Below, piece after piece: positions 49,089 through 63,200 of a DNA stretch of 64,000 nucleotides (positions within the stretch are counted from its first letter, which is position 1; each line of letters opens with the position of its first letter). A program made the position numbers and the translations under genes. Source of the DNA: the human T2T-CHM13v2.0 reference genome, Homo sapiens; NCBI RefSeq assembly GCF_009914755.1, contig NC_060930.1; one strand, given 5' to 3'. Under the pieces are notes generated by a model. It worked only from the letters and a program-made list of their open reading frames with translations. It did no database searches and was not told the origin of the DNA.

Positions 49089-50624
49089 TTAAACATGGTT
49101 AATTTCTATTCTAATTAACTGGCCTATATAGGTTACATTTTAAGATCCTCTTTTCCCACGTTAAATGATGAAATTTCACTCCTACTCTATCTTTTGTGTT
49201 AAAGGAATATATACCACTTGGAAAGGAAGAGAAAAATAGGTTTATGATACAGGAACAATTCCTTGGATGAATAATTATCATTTAAAATGAAAATCAATTG
49301 TTCATTTTTTATTTTGTTCAAGTTAAAGTAAAATCAGTATTCCATGGTCATGTTTTTCTTGACACTGCTGACAGGGGTTAATTAAAAGATTAATGGGATA
49401 ATGTACACATTTCATTAGAAACAAATTTTTTATTTTTTGGAAAGTAGTTAAATAGCTAATTTTTGTTTGTTTGGTTCCACTTCACTGATTTTCCAGCACT
49501 CTGAGCCAAAGTATTCCCGCTCTAATTGACACATGTCCTGTTCTTGGTTTCATTCTTAATGTCTTCCAAATGAAGTGCAAAACTTGGATGCTTACTCTAG
49601 TGATAATGTTTCCATTGTCTTTGTTCCAATTGTTACTAAAATTTGTGGTTTCTTTCAGACTGCTCTGTGTTTTGAATGCACAATTTGCTGCATTTTTATA
49701 ATATTTTCTACCACTCAAACACATAAGAAGGTATATGATGTGATGATGAAACAATTTTTCATTCCTAGGCATTATGCGCCAGTACGCCGGGTGAATCCTG
49801 GAGTAGTTTAATGGAAAGTAGAAAGAAGCAATTATTTAAAACATGTAATCTGACATGCTAAGCATTTTGATGAAGTTATAATTATTTAACAGATAAATAG
49901 CGTATATATCAGTACATATTTTGTAAGCAATGCAATAAACCACTAAAAACCAAGATTAAAAGAAATATGAGCACTTTGGTTCAAATTCAACTACTAAGTG
50001 TTATAAATTGTGTTTACTGATTTTTTGCTTTTATCCTAAAGGTAGACAGTTATATTTTCCCTTATAGAAATAATTCTCATCTTGTTTATTCCACTTTGTT
50101 TTAGCTGATGTACTCTTCCTCGTGGGTGCAAAGCTAGAAAACCTTTTCCAGCTTCCCTTGTCATGAAGTGTCTCCATGTGACTAATCTCTAGCCAACAGA
50201 ATGCAGAAAGGGGTGGGATTTGCCACTTCTAGTCCTGCCCCATTAAACCTTTCACCAGTCCTTCACCATGCTGACTGGTGGAGAATTCATTTTCTCAGCA
50301 GAATATACATGGAACACTTCAACAATATAATTTGAGTAAGGTTAAATAAATGAACTTTTCACAAAGATGTGGTCAGAGAGTAGAAAAGCCACAAAGGATT
50401 GTACAGAATGCCAGGACCACAACATAGTTACTCTGACACTATCTCTACATCTAAAGACTAGAGGAAGAGAGGAGTTATCAGAACAGAGTAGAGGGCCATT
50501 TGCCAGGAGCAAAGACCTTGACTTTAGGGAGAGAACCAACCCATGGGACACAACACAAGGTCAAAGGAATACACATTCAGGCTTTACCCTCCTGCCTCCC
50601 TATTTTTTTGATATGAAGAAAGAA

Positions 50625-50890
50625 TCTGTTCTAGACCTTTCTCTTTGGCTTGAAGGTGGCTGTCTTCTGTCTTCATGGTGTCTATCTTCTGTATGGGTCT
50701 CTCTCTATGCCCAAATTTTCTCTTTTTATAAAAACACCAATTATATTTTGTTAAGGCCCACCCTGATGAATTTATTTTAATGTGATTACCTCTGTAATGA
50801 CTCTGTAGCTAAATAAGCACACATTCTGAGCTGCTGAGGGTTAACACTTCAATGCATAAATTTTGTGAAAACCCAATTTAATCCATAAAA
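50625..50890 (-). mobile_element. MLT1B-like LTR fragment
   Basis: ggctgtcttc..tcttcatgg...ggcccaccctgatga...gattacctctgtaa...cacattctgag...aatccataa. Confidence 0.7.
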
Positions 50891-53391
50891 GAGCCCACTA
50901 ATTTAATCCACACAGGTAAATCTCAGAGGACCAGCGCAGAAAGAAAAGGGAAACGAGCTGTAGAGCGGATCTGGAGAAGCCCAGACATTGAGAGTCTATT
51001 GGGTACTGTAGGTTAGCCTACCCTATTAAGGACAGTGAGTACTCCTTTGATTATTTATCTGATCTCTTACTTAAATATCCTCCAGTAAGACTCTATTGCA
51101 TACGATGTAGTTCACAGTTCTTACTGTGGCATTTGATGACCTATACAACCTGACTACCACTGCATTTTCATACCCAATTCTCATTCCTTCCTACCTAAAT
51201 AATCTCAAATTATTACCTTCCTCTCTTCTTTTGATACCAGTACTTAATTAAGGAACACCCTTCTCCTATTATCATCTAACAAATTAATATAATGACATTC
51301 AGGCTTTGTATCTGGTTCTGCATCACTTGAGAAAATATCTGCCAGTGTGTGGATTTCATTGGTACATGTCAGTCTTCTAAAGTGTCATGTCATTTACTGT
51401 TTATATAAATCATATGCCCTTTTTCAAAATGCTTTGTAATTTATTGCATGTCTAATGCAATGATTTATTGTATCCAATGCATGTGGATGACTGTACATAA
51501 ACATAGCTGGTAAATTATTATCTCAAGGATAATTAAAGATGTTCTCATTTGTTCTAGGTTATTTGGCTTTGCAGAGTTTGTAGAATAGGAACCACCTGCT
51601 GCCAAAGGGCCAAACCAATAAATTCTCCAGGAGACAGTTTTAGAACTGACAGAGTGTTTGTGAATTACTTACAAATTAAGATATTGACTCAAATTAGGAT
51701 ATTGTTGTCTTAAATCTAAGACAAGAAATAAAGTAATTTTTTAAAATTAATGGCAGTATTTTTAATTGGTAGATACTTAGAAAAATCTAAAATCCCATAG
51801 ATTAGGAGGTCAGAAAAGCCTAACTTAACTCTCTTTTAATCCCAAATTCTACCCTTCTTCAAGGACAAGGTAGAATTTAAGCGGTGACTTTAAATGGAAA
51901 AAGGCCCATAATACACTTGTTATTAAAGGCAAACTCAATTATTATGTTAATATAATTATGTTTTAGTATATAATTATAATGTAATATATATTATAGTGTA
52001 ATATATGCAATGATTATAAGTAGTATATAGTATATTAAAAACTTAATACAATACACATGCATAATTATAACTATACCAACAGACATGAATAAAATATAAC
52101 ATCAGACTCTCATATTTGTGCTTTACAGAAAATACATGTGCCACTATCTTCAGCTTCTCAGCAGCACCTTCTACCTTAATGTTCTACCTGGTGGTGTTCA
52201 ATAGTGGAGTGACAAATGCTCACCCATTTGCATTTTGCTTCATGACATACTCTATGCTATTTTTCTGCCTTCTAACTTTACTGCTTTGTCCCATTTTGAC
52301 TGTCCCTTTCATTAAAATATGAGCACCAGCTATAGTTAATTTCTCACTAAAATAATTTTTAGTATGTGTGCTTTTAGTATCTTTATTATGCCAAACTGTA
52401 TTTCACCTGATTTTAAGCACTCCATATTTTCCTTCCTGCTTTTGTTATTTTAAGCAATCACACATTTCTTTTTCAAAAGGACCATCCTGCTCTGCAGAAC
52501 AGCTTGTCTTTCCTTGTTCTCAAAAATAATGAGCCAGGTTACTTTTTCACAGAGCATATTTGTTTCGCTTTTTCTGAGATAGATCATCATGGGCCTAGCA
52601 CAATTTTGCTGTCCTTTTTCTTCCCAGTTCTATAAGGGTACGTAAGGCAAGACCTTTCTCCTATATTCATATTCAAGAAGAAAGCCATATTTCAACAATA
52701 ACAAAATAAAAGAGGGTAAAACTGGGGGTGAATTGTGTGCACACCATTTACTTTTATTAGAAGAATATGTAAATGGTCAAAAAATTTTAGCTGCAACATT
52801 CATGAATTGTGTTCAACTCATAATTCGTGTTTTTGACTTTTTTTCCCCAGGACTATATTTTAAAGATACTGAAAAATAAAATTAATGGAGCTTCACTTTT
52901 GTACTTTATAGATGATAATCATGGACAAAATATATTTCTATAAATTTTTTATTACTTCAAACAAACCAAAAACCTGAGAAGAAATATTTCTGAGTTTAGA
53001 TTATTTAGATCAGATATAGACAGGGTATCAACTAATTTTTGATAAAAATAAGAAGCAATGGTGTATGTAAATTGAAACAAAATTATAGTCATATAACTTA
53101 AAAGAAAGTGATTTTTTGGTTAAGTATTCTTAAAAGTGACATTTTGTAATAAAGATAGTGAAAAATATGTATTCTTGGGATTTAAAAAATCTTAAACATC
53201 TAATGTTTCTTTTAAAGAAGACTAGTGTTTTGTTACTTTAAAAATACAGACTGTCCATGTTTAGTAAAAACAATGATCAGGTCAAGGGGCAGGAGATCTG
53301 GGTTCTAATCTTGCTCCCTTACTGACTAGCAATGTGATAGAGAAAGTTGTCCAGCTTCTATGAGTCTCAGCTTTCAAATATGCAAAATGAC

Positions 53392-53795
53392 TGCTATGGG
53401 TTGAATTGTGTTTCACTCAAAATTCATATGTTGATGCCCTAGCCATCAGTACCTGAGAATGTGACTATATTTGGAAATAGGGTCTTCAGAGAAGTAATAA
53501 GCTAAAATGAGGTCATTATGGTAGGCTTTAATCCAATGTGTCTGGTGATCTTATTACAAGAGGAAATTAGGAGATAGACACATACAAAGGGTAGATGATA
53601 TGAAGACACAGAGAGAATACAGCCATCTACAAGCAAAAGGAGACCTCAAAAGAAATCAAACCTGTTGTCATTTTGATCTCAGAATTGTGAGACTAAATTG
53701 CAATTGTGAGATTAAATTGCCTGTAGAATAGTGAGAAAATTAATTTCTGTTGTTTGAGCCACCTTGTCTGCCACTTTGTTATGGCAGCCCAGCAT
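53392..53795 (+). mobile_element. MLT1B-like LTR, inserted in a MIR
   Basis: TGCTATGGGTTGAATTGTG...AAAATTCATATGTTGA...TTTGTTATGGCAGCCC. MIR-like flanks at about 53280-53390 and 53800-53890. Confidence 0.8.
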
Positions 53796-55608
53796 CCTAG
53801 TAAAATAGGCATTATAAGTTTTACGATGATTAGATGTAGTTATGTGTGTGTAAAGCATATGGTACATGTTAATTGTTTAGTGTGTGTTAATTAATATTGT
53901 TGTTTCTTCTGCTAGTATTTTTACTGGACACATCATTTATAACTCTTATCTTTACCTGATCTTGAACATACAGCAGTTCTTTCCTGGTGGGGGAAAACAG
54001 GAATTCAATTCATATTACATTTCTCTAGCATGGTTCATGGGGCCTGTAGCTTCAAACTTACAGATTTTGGAGTGAAAGCAGCCTTGAGATTGTGTCATTT
54101 TCTAGTTATGTCATTATCTGTACTTAATCTCCCTGTCTCTCAGTTTTGCATCTGAAAAGTATAGATAATTATAATTGTTTATAGGAATACATTCATATAT
54201 GTAATACAATTAGTACTTGATATAAATTCCTGTTGAAGAAACTATAATTATGATTTTTTAAAAATGTATTTTTTTACTCTTTTTCAGCCATGCCTGAGGC
54301 CAGAACAGCTTCTGTGGGTTTTCCCTCTGTCTCTTCATGATACCAATCTGTCATTCTGCTTTATTCAGGAGCCCATCTATGTCCTTCATGATTTGATTCT
54401 TACTGCCACCCAAGGCTCATGCACTTGCTTCCCTACAGATGATGGTCATCCCTGCCCAGGGAAATTATTACCTCGACTGAGATGGCATTTTCCAAAGTGT
54501 ACTGCCCCCAGCATTTGTTATTTAGGAGATTAAAATGATGAGAAAGATATTAAATGTGTGTCTGTGTCATGGCACTTTTAAGTATAGTGACACTAAGCAT
54601 TAAGAAAAAAAAGAAAAAAGATGATTTATTAAATAGCATCTCAGAGTTCTTAAAATGTTCATGTTCATTTTGAGTATTCTGGGTGGGGAGTAGATATGAT
54701 GTAGGCTTTCCTCAATTTATTTGATGATACATTATTTTTTGGTCAATCATTTGTAAGAATCTGTATTCTAGATAATAGAATTTGGGTAGTTCTGGCCTAA
54801 GGAAGATAGAACTTCCTTAAAACCTCTCATTTAACTTTTTTCCCAGTCTCTGTTTAGGACTTCTTCTTCTTCCTTTTTTTTTTTTTTTCCTTTTTATTGG
54901 CTTTAAACAGATGTTTCCTTTTACTAAATAATCTATTGCCAGAAAATAATTTAATCTACATACCAGCTTATGGCTGTGGTATGTGTTTTCAGCATCACTC
55001 AAAGAAATAAAAAAGGTGGAGGGAGGTAAGGCACATAACAAAAAAGCATTACATCTATATTAAAAATTAAAATTTACTAAAAATCAAATGAGAAAAAGGA
55101 AAAGTTTACTTATCAGATTGGCAAACTGATTTATTTCAGATGTTCATGAGCATTTGGGGATAGGGTCACCTTAAAACATAGCTTTTGAAAATATTAATAA
55201 TATACCTTAATTACTCAATCTGGATTGTGGTGGGCCATTTTAATTTCCTTCTTTATGCTTTTCTGGAAGTGCCACATTTTCTACACTGAATATAATTTAC
55301 TTTGTTCATCAAAAGAAATTACCAGTTTAGTTGATTTGTTACAACAGCCATATGAGAAAAATATGAGGCTTTTATGGATCTTTTGTAAATCTCCTTATGT
55401 GAGTTCATTGATAATGTAATCCCTATAATATTCTTTTCTCAGTACATTTTTTAGAATATATAGAAAAGCTTGACAAACATTAATTCATACACATGCACAT
55501 GTTAATACTAATCAGTATAACCTCAATTTTGAAATGACAAGTACAATATTGTTAGGGATAGCCTTTGCTACTTAATGAGATTAACTGGAAAAGAAATAAT
55601 TATCTTAC

Positions 55609-55700
55609 CTGATAAGCAGTGTATACTTTTGCCCGTTGTCCACTCTAACAGTAGTATTAATGCTTTTAAATTTTGCTTCACCAGGACAGTAAAAGTGGTA
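55609..55700 (-). CDS. EYS: EYS coding exon (probably exon 28): YHFYCPGEAKFKSINTTVRVDNGQKYTLLI(R)
   Basis: Acceptor ttttttcccccaacAG (55701-55702) and donor CAG|GTAAGA (55607-55608). 92 bp, phase 0 to 2, continuing the frame of the upstream exon. Too short to appear in the ORF track. Confidence 0.93.
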
Positions 55701-57628
55701 CTGTTGGGGGAAAAAATTTTGTCCTCAAACAGTTTTTCAGCATGAAATTAATACCATATATTTGCACTGGACTTTATTATTTATCAATATATTTTACATC
55801 ACTTTGGAGAGACATGAAGTTTGAAACTTAAAGAGAAGTGATAACTGAAGGTTTACAACTGATATGTCCTAGATTTAATACATACAAATATATGAGTATT
55901 ATATAGATATAAATACACATGCATACATGTGTACACATACATGTCTAGATTCTTTTCCAGTATTCTGAGGAACATGGTTGAGAAAAGCAACATCCTCTAC
56001 TAGCAGAAAGCAAGTATTTTAGGAATTTTCCTTACATAACAGCAATTGAGCAAGGCAAAGAATGGTTAATACAATCTAGAGGGCAATATTAATGTCACAG
56101 GAAGGCAAACTTCAAGATTGTGAAAACTAACCATTCATTCCAAGTTTTTTGAGATGTCAGGGTGTCTGGGTTCATTTGTAGAATTACTGTTAATGGCAAC
56201 TAAGTTATGATCTAGAGAGGAAAAATCATGTCTATATCAGGTATGATTAACCAAGTATCCCCAGGAAATACATGGATGTGCTACATTGGCTTATTAAGCT
56301 TCTTAGCAAGCATGTGCCTACAGGTATATGGATTATATTGTGTCTATTCTTTCCCAGAGAGGGGCTTTAATATTTTTATTGTATCTAAAAGTGATCTATA
56401 ACCCACATGTGTTAAGAAACTCACTTGCATTGTGTTTCATAACTTGTGCCCCTAGCTGTATTTAAGTTGATATACCCAAATCCTCTCACATATAGTCCAA
56501 AGATAAAGATAATGCTATATATTTTAACTTTTTATGATATTTGGGCCATTGCAAAAGACTCCTTTCCTTTATAAGATTATTTATTGTCAGTTGACTTTAA
56601 AAACTCCAATAAGAAGCATTAGGAGGAATTATTGGAGACTTGTAGGATTGTAGGTGAAAATATTTTATGAAATAATGTATTATTAAGACTAATGGATAGC
56701 CACTACTTTCCCTATCAAATGGGAAAAAAATTAATTCACAATAGGTTAAACGAAGATATTTAGGAACCATAAAACTAACTAGTGAATAGAGGTATAGAAT
56801 TTCTTTCCCTTTGGTTTTATGAAAAAGAAAGGATATATACTTACAAGTCTACAATAATTACTATTATTTACTTAATTGTAATAATTTGTCAATCTCCATC
56901 TTAAGAAAATTTAAGATCATTTACATTTCAGCTAGATGATCAGAGTTCAAAACTCAGCTCTGTTACTTGGAAGTTTTGAGACTTCACATGTGCTTTGTGC
57001 TAAAATCTACTCACTTGTAAAATGGGGTAATACAAATTTTTGTGTGATTTAAATTGGTAAATGAATGAATATTGTGAAGTAAATATTATAAATGGGCAAA
57101 TAAGTCAATCAAAGTGGAACACACAGAATTATACCTGGGACATAATTATATATGAAGGCTATGAAGGCTAGCTTTTTTTTCCTTTTTTTTTTGGCTCTAT
57201 CTCCCAGGCAGGAGTGCCATGGTGCTATATATATATACATATTATATTACTTCAGAAACATGAGCATTTAAAGAAAGTCAAACTAAGGGAATTTGCCTAT
57301 TTAAATAATAACTCATCCTTTCATGGAAATTCACAACATGTACACTTAAATCACATCATAAAAGAAATGGTAGCCCAAATGCTGTTATTATGTTTCATAT
57401 ATTAGAATTATATAAGTTAATTACCTTATTGTGCTGAGTTATTGCAATGATGATTGGGATGAGTTCCCTAAACCAGGTATTCAGAGCAGGGATATGAGAA
57501 AATTTGTTAAGGTAGAATGATGTTGGGAAAAGAGCATGCACTTTCAAATGAAGTTGGTTTCAAAATGTTATTAGCTGCATAACCTTGGACTTTTGAAAGG
57601 TTCTTATAACACTTACCAAGTGCAAAGT

Positions 57629-57985
57629 CAGCAATCTCAAACTTTTTGATCTCACAGTCTCTTTGCATTCTTAACGTTTATTGAGAACCCCAAGGAGTTT
57701 TTGTTAACTCAGTTGTGTCTATCAATATTTACATTGCTAAAAATTACAACACACATTTTTAAAATACAAAAATACATAATAAAATGATACATTAGCGATT
57801 AGAGCAAGGATATAATTGCATGTCATGTAGCCTCTGGAAAACTCTACTATACACTTATGAGAGTAAAAGTGAATAAGGCAAATAACACCCCTTGCCTACA
57901 GAAAACTTACAAAAACAGGTTTTCTCTTGAGGATCCTCTAAAAATATCTTGGGATTCCCTAGGGTTTCCCAGACTCTACCTGCCC
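57629..57985. mobile_element. hAT-Charlie-type non-autonomous DNA element
   Basis: ctcaaactttttgatctca...ttattgagaaccccaaggagtttttgtt...gcatgtcatgtagcctctggaaaactc. Exact subfamily not assigned. Confidence 0.6.
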
Positions 57986-58191
57986 TTAAGGTTATAAAAA
58001 TGGTAACAATTATTATCATTGAGAAATTAAGAAATTGGGAAACTGGTCAATAAAGAAGTAGAAGAAAAGTTGAAAATAAGGAGAAAAAAAGACAATGAAT
58101 GTTAATTCAAATCATGTACCGTTTGAAATATTAATATCTAAATATATATAAACTGATCTATCAGTATGAATGTAAATTTTTCTCCGTATAG

Positions 58192-58420
58192 TATATGAGC
58201 TTCTTAAGAACACTCTCTTGTCTTCTGAATGATATTCTAATTAGGTATATTTTCCAGAAAAAATAGAGACCTTTTGAGCAAAATACTCTGACAATTATAT
58301 TTTTTAAATTTATAAATATGTGATTAATGAAATCCAGTTAGCTTATTTTTTGAATAAGTTGTTAACCACTTTATATTATTATTAAATCAGTTTTTTTGCT
58401 TAAAAATACTTGGTTGTTGT
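58192..58420 (+). repeat. ~230-bp direct repeat, copy 1 (intron downstream of the 191-bp exon)
   Basis: Aligns with 59228-59456. Shared blocks include cttctgaatgatattctaattag, tttgagcaaaatactc, tttttgaataagttgttaac and actttatattattattaaatca. Confidence 0.92.
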
Positions 58421-58589
58421 TGGTTCATATATACATAGAAAGAAATTATAAAAGTAGAGGAAGAGACATCCTGGTGGTGAGTATAATATATAGAGTTAAG
58501 TTTAAATTTTATTTTGAAAATAACCAATGAAGCACATAATTAGAACAACTTTGTAATTTTTAAAAAATTAAATGAACTGAATAACTTAC

Positions 58590-58780
58590 CTTTAAAGTAC
58601 CATTTTCAATAAACAATTGAATAAAAAATCCATCTACTAAATTTGAGTCTTGCTTGACATACAGCAGAAGTCCATAGGAGCTGAAGGTCTGAAATTCTAG
58701 GGAGATGTTATTTTGTGGATTTAAAGCCACATTCTGAAATTCTAGATAAGAATCTCCATAATAACGAACACAACTGAAAT
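58590..58780 (-). CDS. EYS: EYS coding exon (probably exon 27), start of laminin G-like domain: (D)FSCVRYYGDSYLEFQNVALNPQNNISLEFQTFSSYGLLLYVKQDSNLVDGFFIQLFIENGTLK
   Basis: Minus-strand acceptor tttctgactccacAG at 58781-58782 and donor AAG|GTAAGT at 58588-58589. 191 bp, phase 1 to 0. The translation is LamG-like and matches EYS as I recall it. Exon number is from memory (c.5645-5835). Confidence 0.95.
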
Positions 58781-59227
58781 CTGTGGAGTCAGAAAGAAAA
58801 TACAATTTAGGTTGAAATAAATATTCAATACCTAGGTTTCACATTATTAACATAGCATATGTTTTCTCTAATGACTCATACGTCTCTTTCCTGCCTCTTT
58901 CAAGCCCAGGCACTTCTTTCCTTTGGAATAGTCATGGCAGTTTTCTCATGATTTCTTTGTATTTGATGGCTTCATGATAAAATCTCATTGTAAGGCAAGG
59001 AAATCAAGATGATTACTCTTCAACACTGCTTTTACTTAGATTTTATGTTACAGGTTAACAGAAAAGGGCACATTTTCTAAATATGTACTTATTTCTTCTT
59101 TATATAAGATATTGATACAAATTATGATTAATATTGTTAATAATTTAATTTGGGAGGTTTGTGAGGGAATGCTAGAGATTATTGAGAGGCATAGAAATTG
59201 TTAACCTTTTGTATTAACACTCTAAAT

Positions 59228-59456
59228 TATATGAGTTTCTTAACAACTCTCACCTTCTGAATGATATTCTAATTAGCTGTAGATTTTCAGAAAAAAATGA
59301 AGACACTTTGAGCAAAATACTCCACAGTTAAATTTCTTAAATTTGTAAATATGTGATTAATAAAACCAAGTTAGCTTATTTTTGAATAAGTTGTTAACTA
59401 CTTTATATTATTATTAAATCATTTTTTTTTGCTTGATAAATACTGGATTGATTGTT
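59228..59456 (+). repeat. ~230-bp direct repeat, copy 2 (intron upstream of the 191-bp exon)
   Basis: Aligns with 58192-58420 at an offset of about 1036 bp. Confidence 0.92.
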
Positions 59457-60262
59457 CTTGGCTAATGATTCCTGAAACAATGGATTTGAATATCGCCTTT
59501 CTTCCAGTTCCTTTCTTCTTTTGTTATTTTCATGACGTCCCCAACACAAGCTTTCTTTCTCTTTTAAAACTTTCGAATTATGTATTATTTATAACTACTA
59601 GAAAATATTATTTATAAAACCATGTGAGTTTTAGTTTGCTGTCTATCACAGGATAATATTCATTTTCGAATCTGTACTTTAAAACTTCAAGAAATTTTAT
59701 ATCCTATGTGTGCTGTCTTTATTTGGAATTTTTAATGATGCTTTAGAATTACTCATTTTGCTACATTTTCAAACTTGCAACAATTTCTAAATAAATAACC
59801 AGCAAGCCTCAAATTAATTTTTTTCACTGGAAATAAGGTTCAAAATAGTGCCAGGAAGCATTTGCACTTTATAGACATAAAAGCATGAGTATATGTGTGT
59901 GTGTTTGTGTGTGTGTTTAATCAAGGACTGACTTCATTAGTGAAGGACAAGTTAATGACTGAAAAAATAACAATGTCCTTTCAATTTTGACATTCTAATT
60001 TTTTCAGTTGTTAAATGATAGGGACGTATTTTTTTTCCCCATGTAGCGTTTCAATGGTGATGTTAAAAGCATAATACAATAACATTTTAAACAACAAGAA
60101 ATTGTTTTAAAGATTTCAGGCATTTATTTTAACAAATTGAGAATAAAGTCATGTATCAGTTTGATTTAAAATTCAAATTGTGAAAGAGCATAAAATGTTT
60201 TCAAAAACAAACATTACAAGAAGAATATACCCAATATTGATGAAATTAAAAAAAATTACATA

Positions 60263-63200
60263 CAGGGGGTCTTCAAAAAGTTCACATAAAATATGTATTA
60301 TTTAAAAACTATGGATGAATTTCACTCATCATGACATGTCTGAACAGAATATATTTGAGTTACTAAGAAGGATAAGACATCTGTTTGAAAACAGCCCCTA
60401 TCGGAACATGAATTCTGCTAAAATTGAAGCAAGAACAAATATCAAATTTACGATGACGCTTGGGTGAAAGAATGGTAAAATCATTGATGCTTTACAAAGA
60501 AATTATGTGGACAATGCCCCAAAGAAATTCACAGTTTACAAGTGAAAAACTTGTTTTAAGAAGGGACAAGACTACGTTGAAGATGAAGTCCTTAGTGACT
60601 GACCATCCATATCAATTTTCAAGGGAAAAATTAATCATATTCATGTCCTAACTGAAGAGGACCAATAATTAACAATAAAAACAATAGCCAACACTATTGA
60701 CATCTCAGCTGGTTCAGGTTACACAACTCTGAATGAAAAATTAAAGTTGAGCAAACTTTCCACTCAGGGGATGTCAAAACTGTTGTGCCCAGATCAGCTG
60801 TAGACAAGAACAGAGCTTTCAATTGCAATTTTAAACAAACAAGAACAAGATCTTGAAGTATATCTTTGAAGAGTTGTAACAGGAGATGATACATGGCTCC
60901 ACTAGTATGATATTGAACACAAAGCACAATCAAAGGAATGGCTATCAAGAGGTGGAAGTGGTCTAGTCGGAGCAAAAGTGGACCAGTTAAGATCAAACAT
61001 CATTGATATCGTTTGGCTCTGTGTCCCCACCCAAATCTCATTTTGTAGCTCCCACAATTCCCATGTGTTGTGGGAGGGACCCAGTGGGATATGACTGAAT
61101 GTTTTTCCTGTGCTGTTCTTGCAATAGTGAATGGGTCTCATGAGATCTGATGATTTTAAAAACAAGAGTTGCCCTGCACAAGCTATCTCTGCCTGCTGCC
61201 ATCCATGTAAGAGGTGACTTGCTCCTCCTTGCCTTCCACCATGATTATGAGGCCTCTCCAGCCATGTGGAACTGTAAGTCCAATAAACCTCTTTCTTTTG
61301 TAAATCACCCAGTCTCAGGTATGTTTTTATCAGCAGCATGAAAACAGATTAATGCAGTAAATTGGTACCAGTAGAGTGGGCACTGCTGAAAAGATACCTG
61401 AAAATGTGGAATTGACTTTGGAACTGGGCAACAGGCAGAGGTTGGAACAGTTTGGAGGGCTCAGAAGAAGACAGGAAAATGTGGGAAAGTTTGGAATTCC
61501 CTAGAGACTTGTTGAATGGCTTTGACCAAAATGCTGATAATGATATGGACAATGAAATCCAGGCTAAGGTGGTCTAAGACAGAGATTAGGAACTTGTTGG
61601 GAAATGGAGCAAAGGTGACCCTTGTTATGTTTTAGAAAAGAGACTGGAGGTATTTTGCCCCTGCCCCAGAGAATTGTAGAACTTTGCACTTGAGGAACAT
61701 GATTTAGGATATCTGGCAGAAAAAATTTCTAAGCAGCAAAACATTCAAGAGGTGACTTGGGTGCTGTTAAAGGCATTCAGTTTTATAAGTGAAGCAGAGC
61801 ATAAAAGTTCAGAAAATTTGCACCCTGACAATGCGATAGAAAAGAAAATCCCATTTTCTGAGGAGAAATTAAAGCCTGCTGCTGATATTTGCATAAGTAA
61901 TGAGAAGCCAAATGTTAATCCCCCAAGATAATGGGGAAAATATCTCCAAGGCATGTCAGAGGTCTTCATGGCAGCCCCTCTCATTACAGGCCTGGAGGCC
62001 TAGAAGGAAAATGTGATTTTGTGGGCCAGGCTAAGGGTATTTCCGCTGTGTGCAGTCTAGGGATTTGATGTCCTATGTTCCAGCTGTTCCAGCCATGACT
62101 AAAAGGGGCCAAGGTACAGCTTGAGCCATTGCTTCAGAGGGTGGAAGCCCCAAGCCTTGGAAGCTTCCATGTGGTGTTGAGCCTGCAGGTGCACAGAAGT
62201 CAAGAATTGAGATTTGGGAACCTCTGCCTAGATTTCAGAAGATATATGGAAACATCTGGATGCCCAGGCAGGAGTTTGCTATAGGGGCAATGTCCTCATG
62301 GAGAACTTCTGCCACGGCAGTGCAGAAGGGAAATGTTGGGTGGGAGCCCTGACACAGAGTCCCTACTGGGGCACTGCCTAGTGGAGTTGTGAGAAGAGGA
62401 CCACCATTCTCCAGAACTCAGAATGGTAGATCCACTGACGGCTTGCACTGTGCACCTGGAAAAGCCACAGACACTCAACGCCAGCCCACGAAGGCAGCCA
62501 GGAGAGAAGCTGTACCCTGCAAAGCCACAGTTGTGGAGGTGCCCAAGACAATGGGAACCCACTTCTTGCATCAGTGTGACTTGGATGTAAGACATGGAGT
62601 CAAAGGAGATCATTTTGGAGCTTTAAAATTTGACTGCCCTGCTGGATTTTGGACTTGCATGGGACCTGTAGCTACTTGGTTTTGGCCAAGTTTTCCCATT
62701 TGGAATGGATGTCTTTACCCAATGCCTGTAGCCCCTATTGTATCTAGGAAGCAATTAACTTGCTTTTGCTTTTACAGGCTCATAGTGGGGAGGGACTTGC
62801 CTTGTCTCAGATGAGTCTTTGGACTGTGGACTTTTGAGTTAATGCTCAAATGAGTTGAGACTTTGGGGAACTATTGGGAAGGCACAATTGGTTTTGAAAT
62901 GTGAAGATATGAGTTTTGGGAAGGGCCAGGTGTGAAATGATAAGATTTGGCTCTGTGTCCTCACCCAAATCTCATCTTGTAGCCCATAATTCTCACATGT
63001 TGTAGGAGGAACCTGGTGAGAGATGATTGAATCATGGGGACAGGTCTTTCCTGTGCTGTTCTTGTGATTATGAATGGTTCTTCCAAGATCTGATAGTTTT
63101 AAAAACAAGAGTTTCTCTCTTTGCCTGCTGCCATCTCTCTTTTTCTCAGCACAATCTCTCTCTTTGCCTGCTGCCATCTATGTAATATGTGACTTGCTCC

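Noticed and set aside
49770-49810. Small CpG cluster gcgccagtacgccgggtgaatcc in an AT-rich background
   Set aside because: Too short to assign, with no recognisable RNA gene or splice context. Conservation data would be needed.
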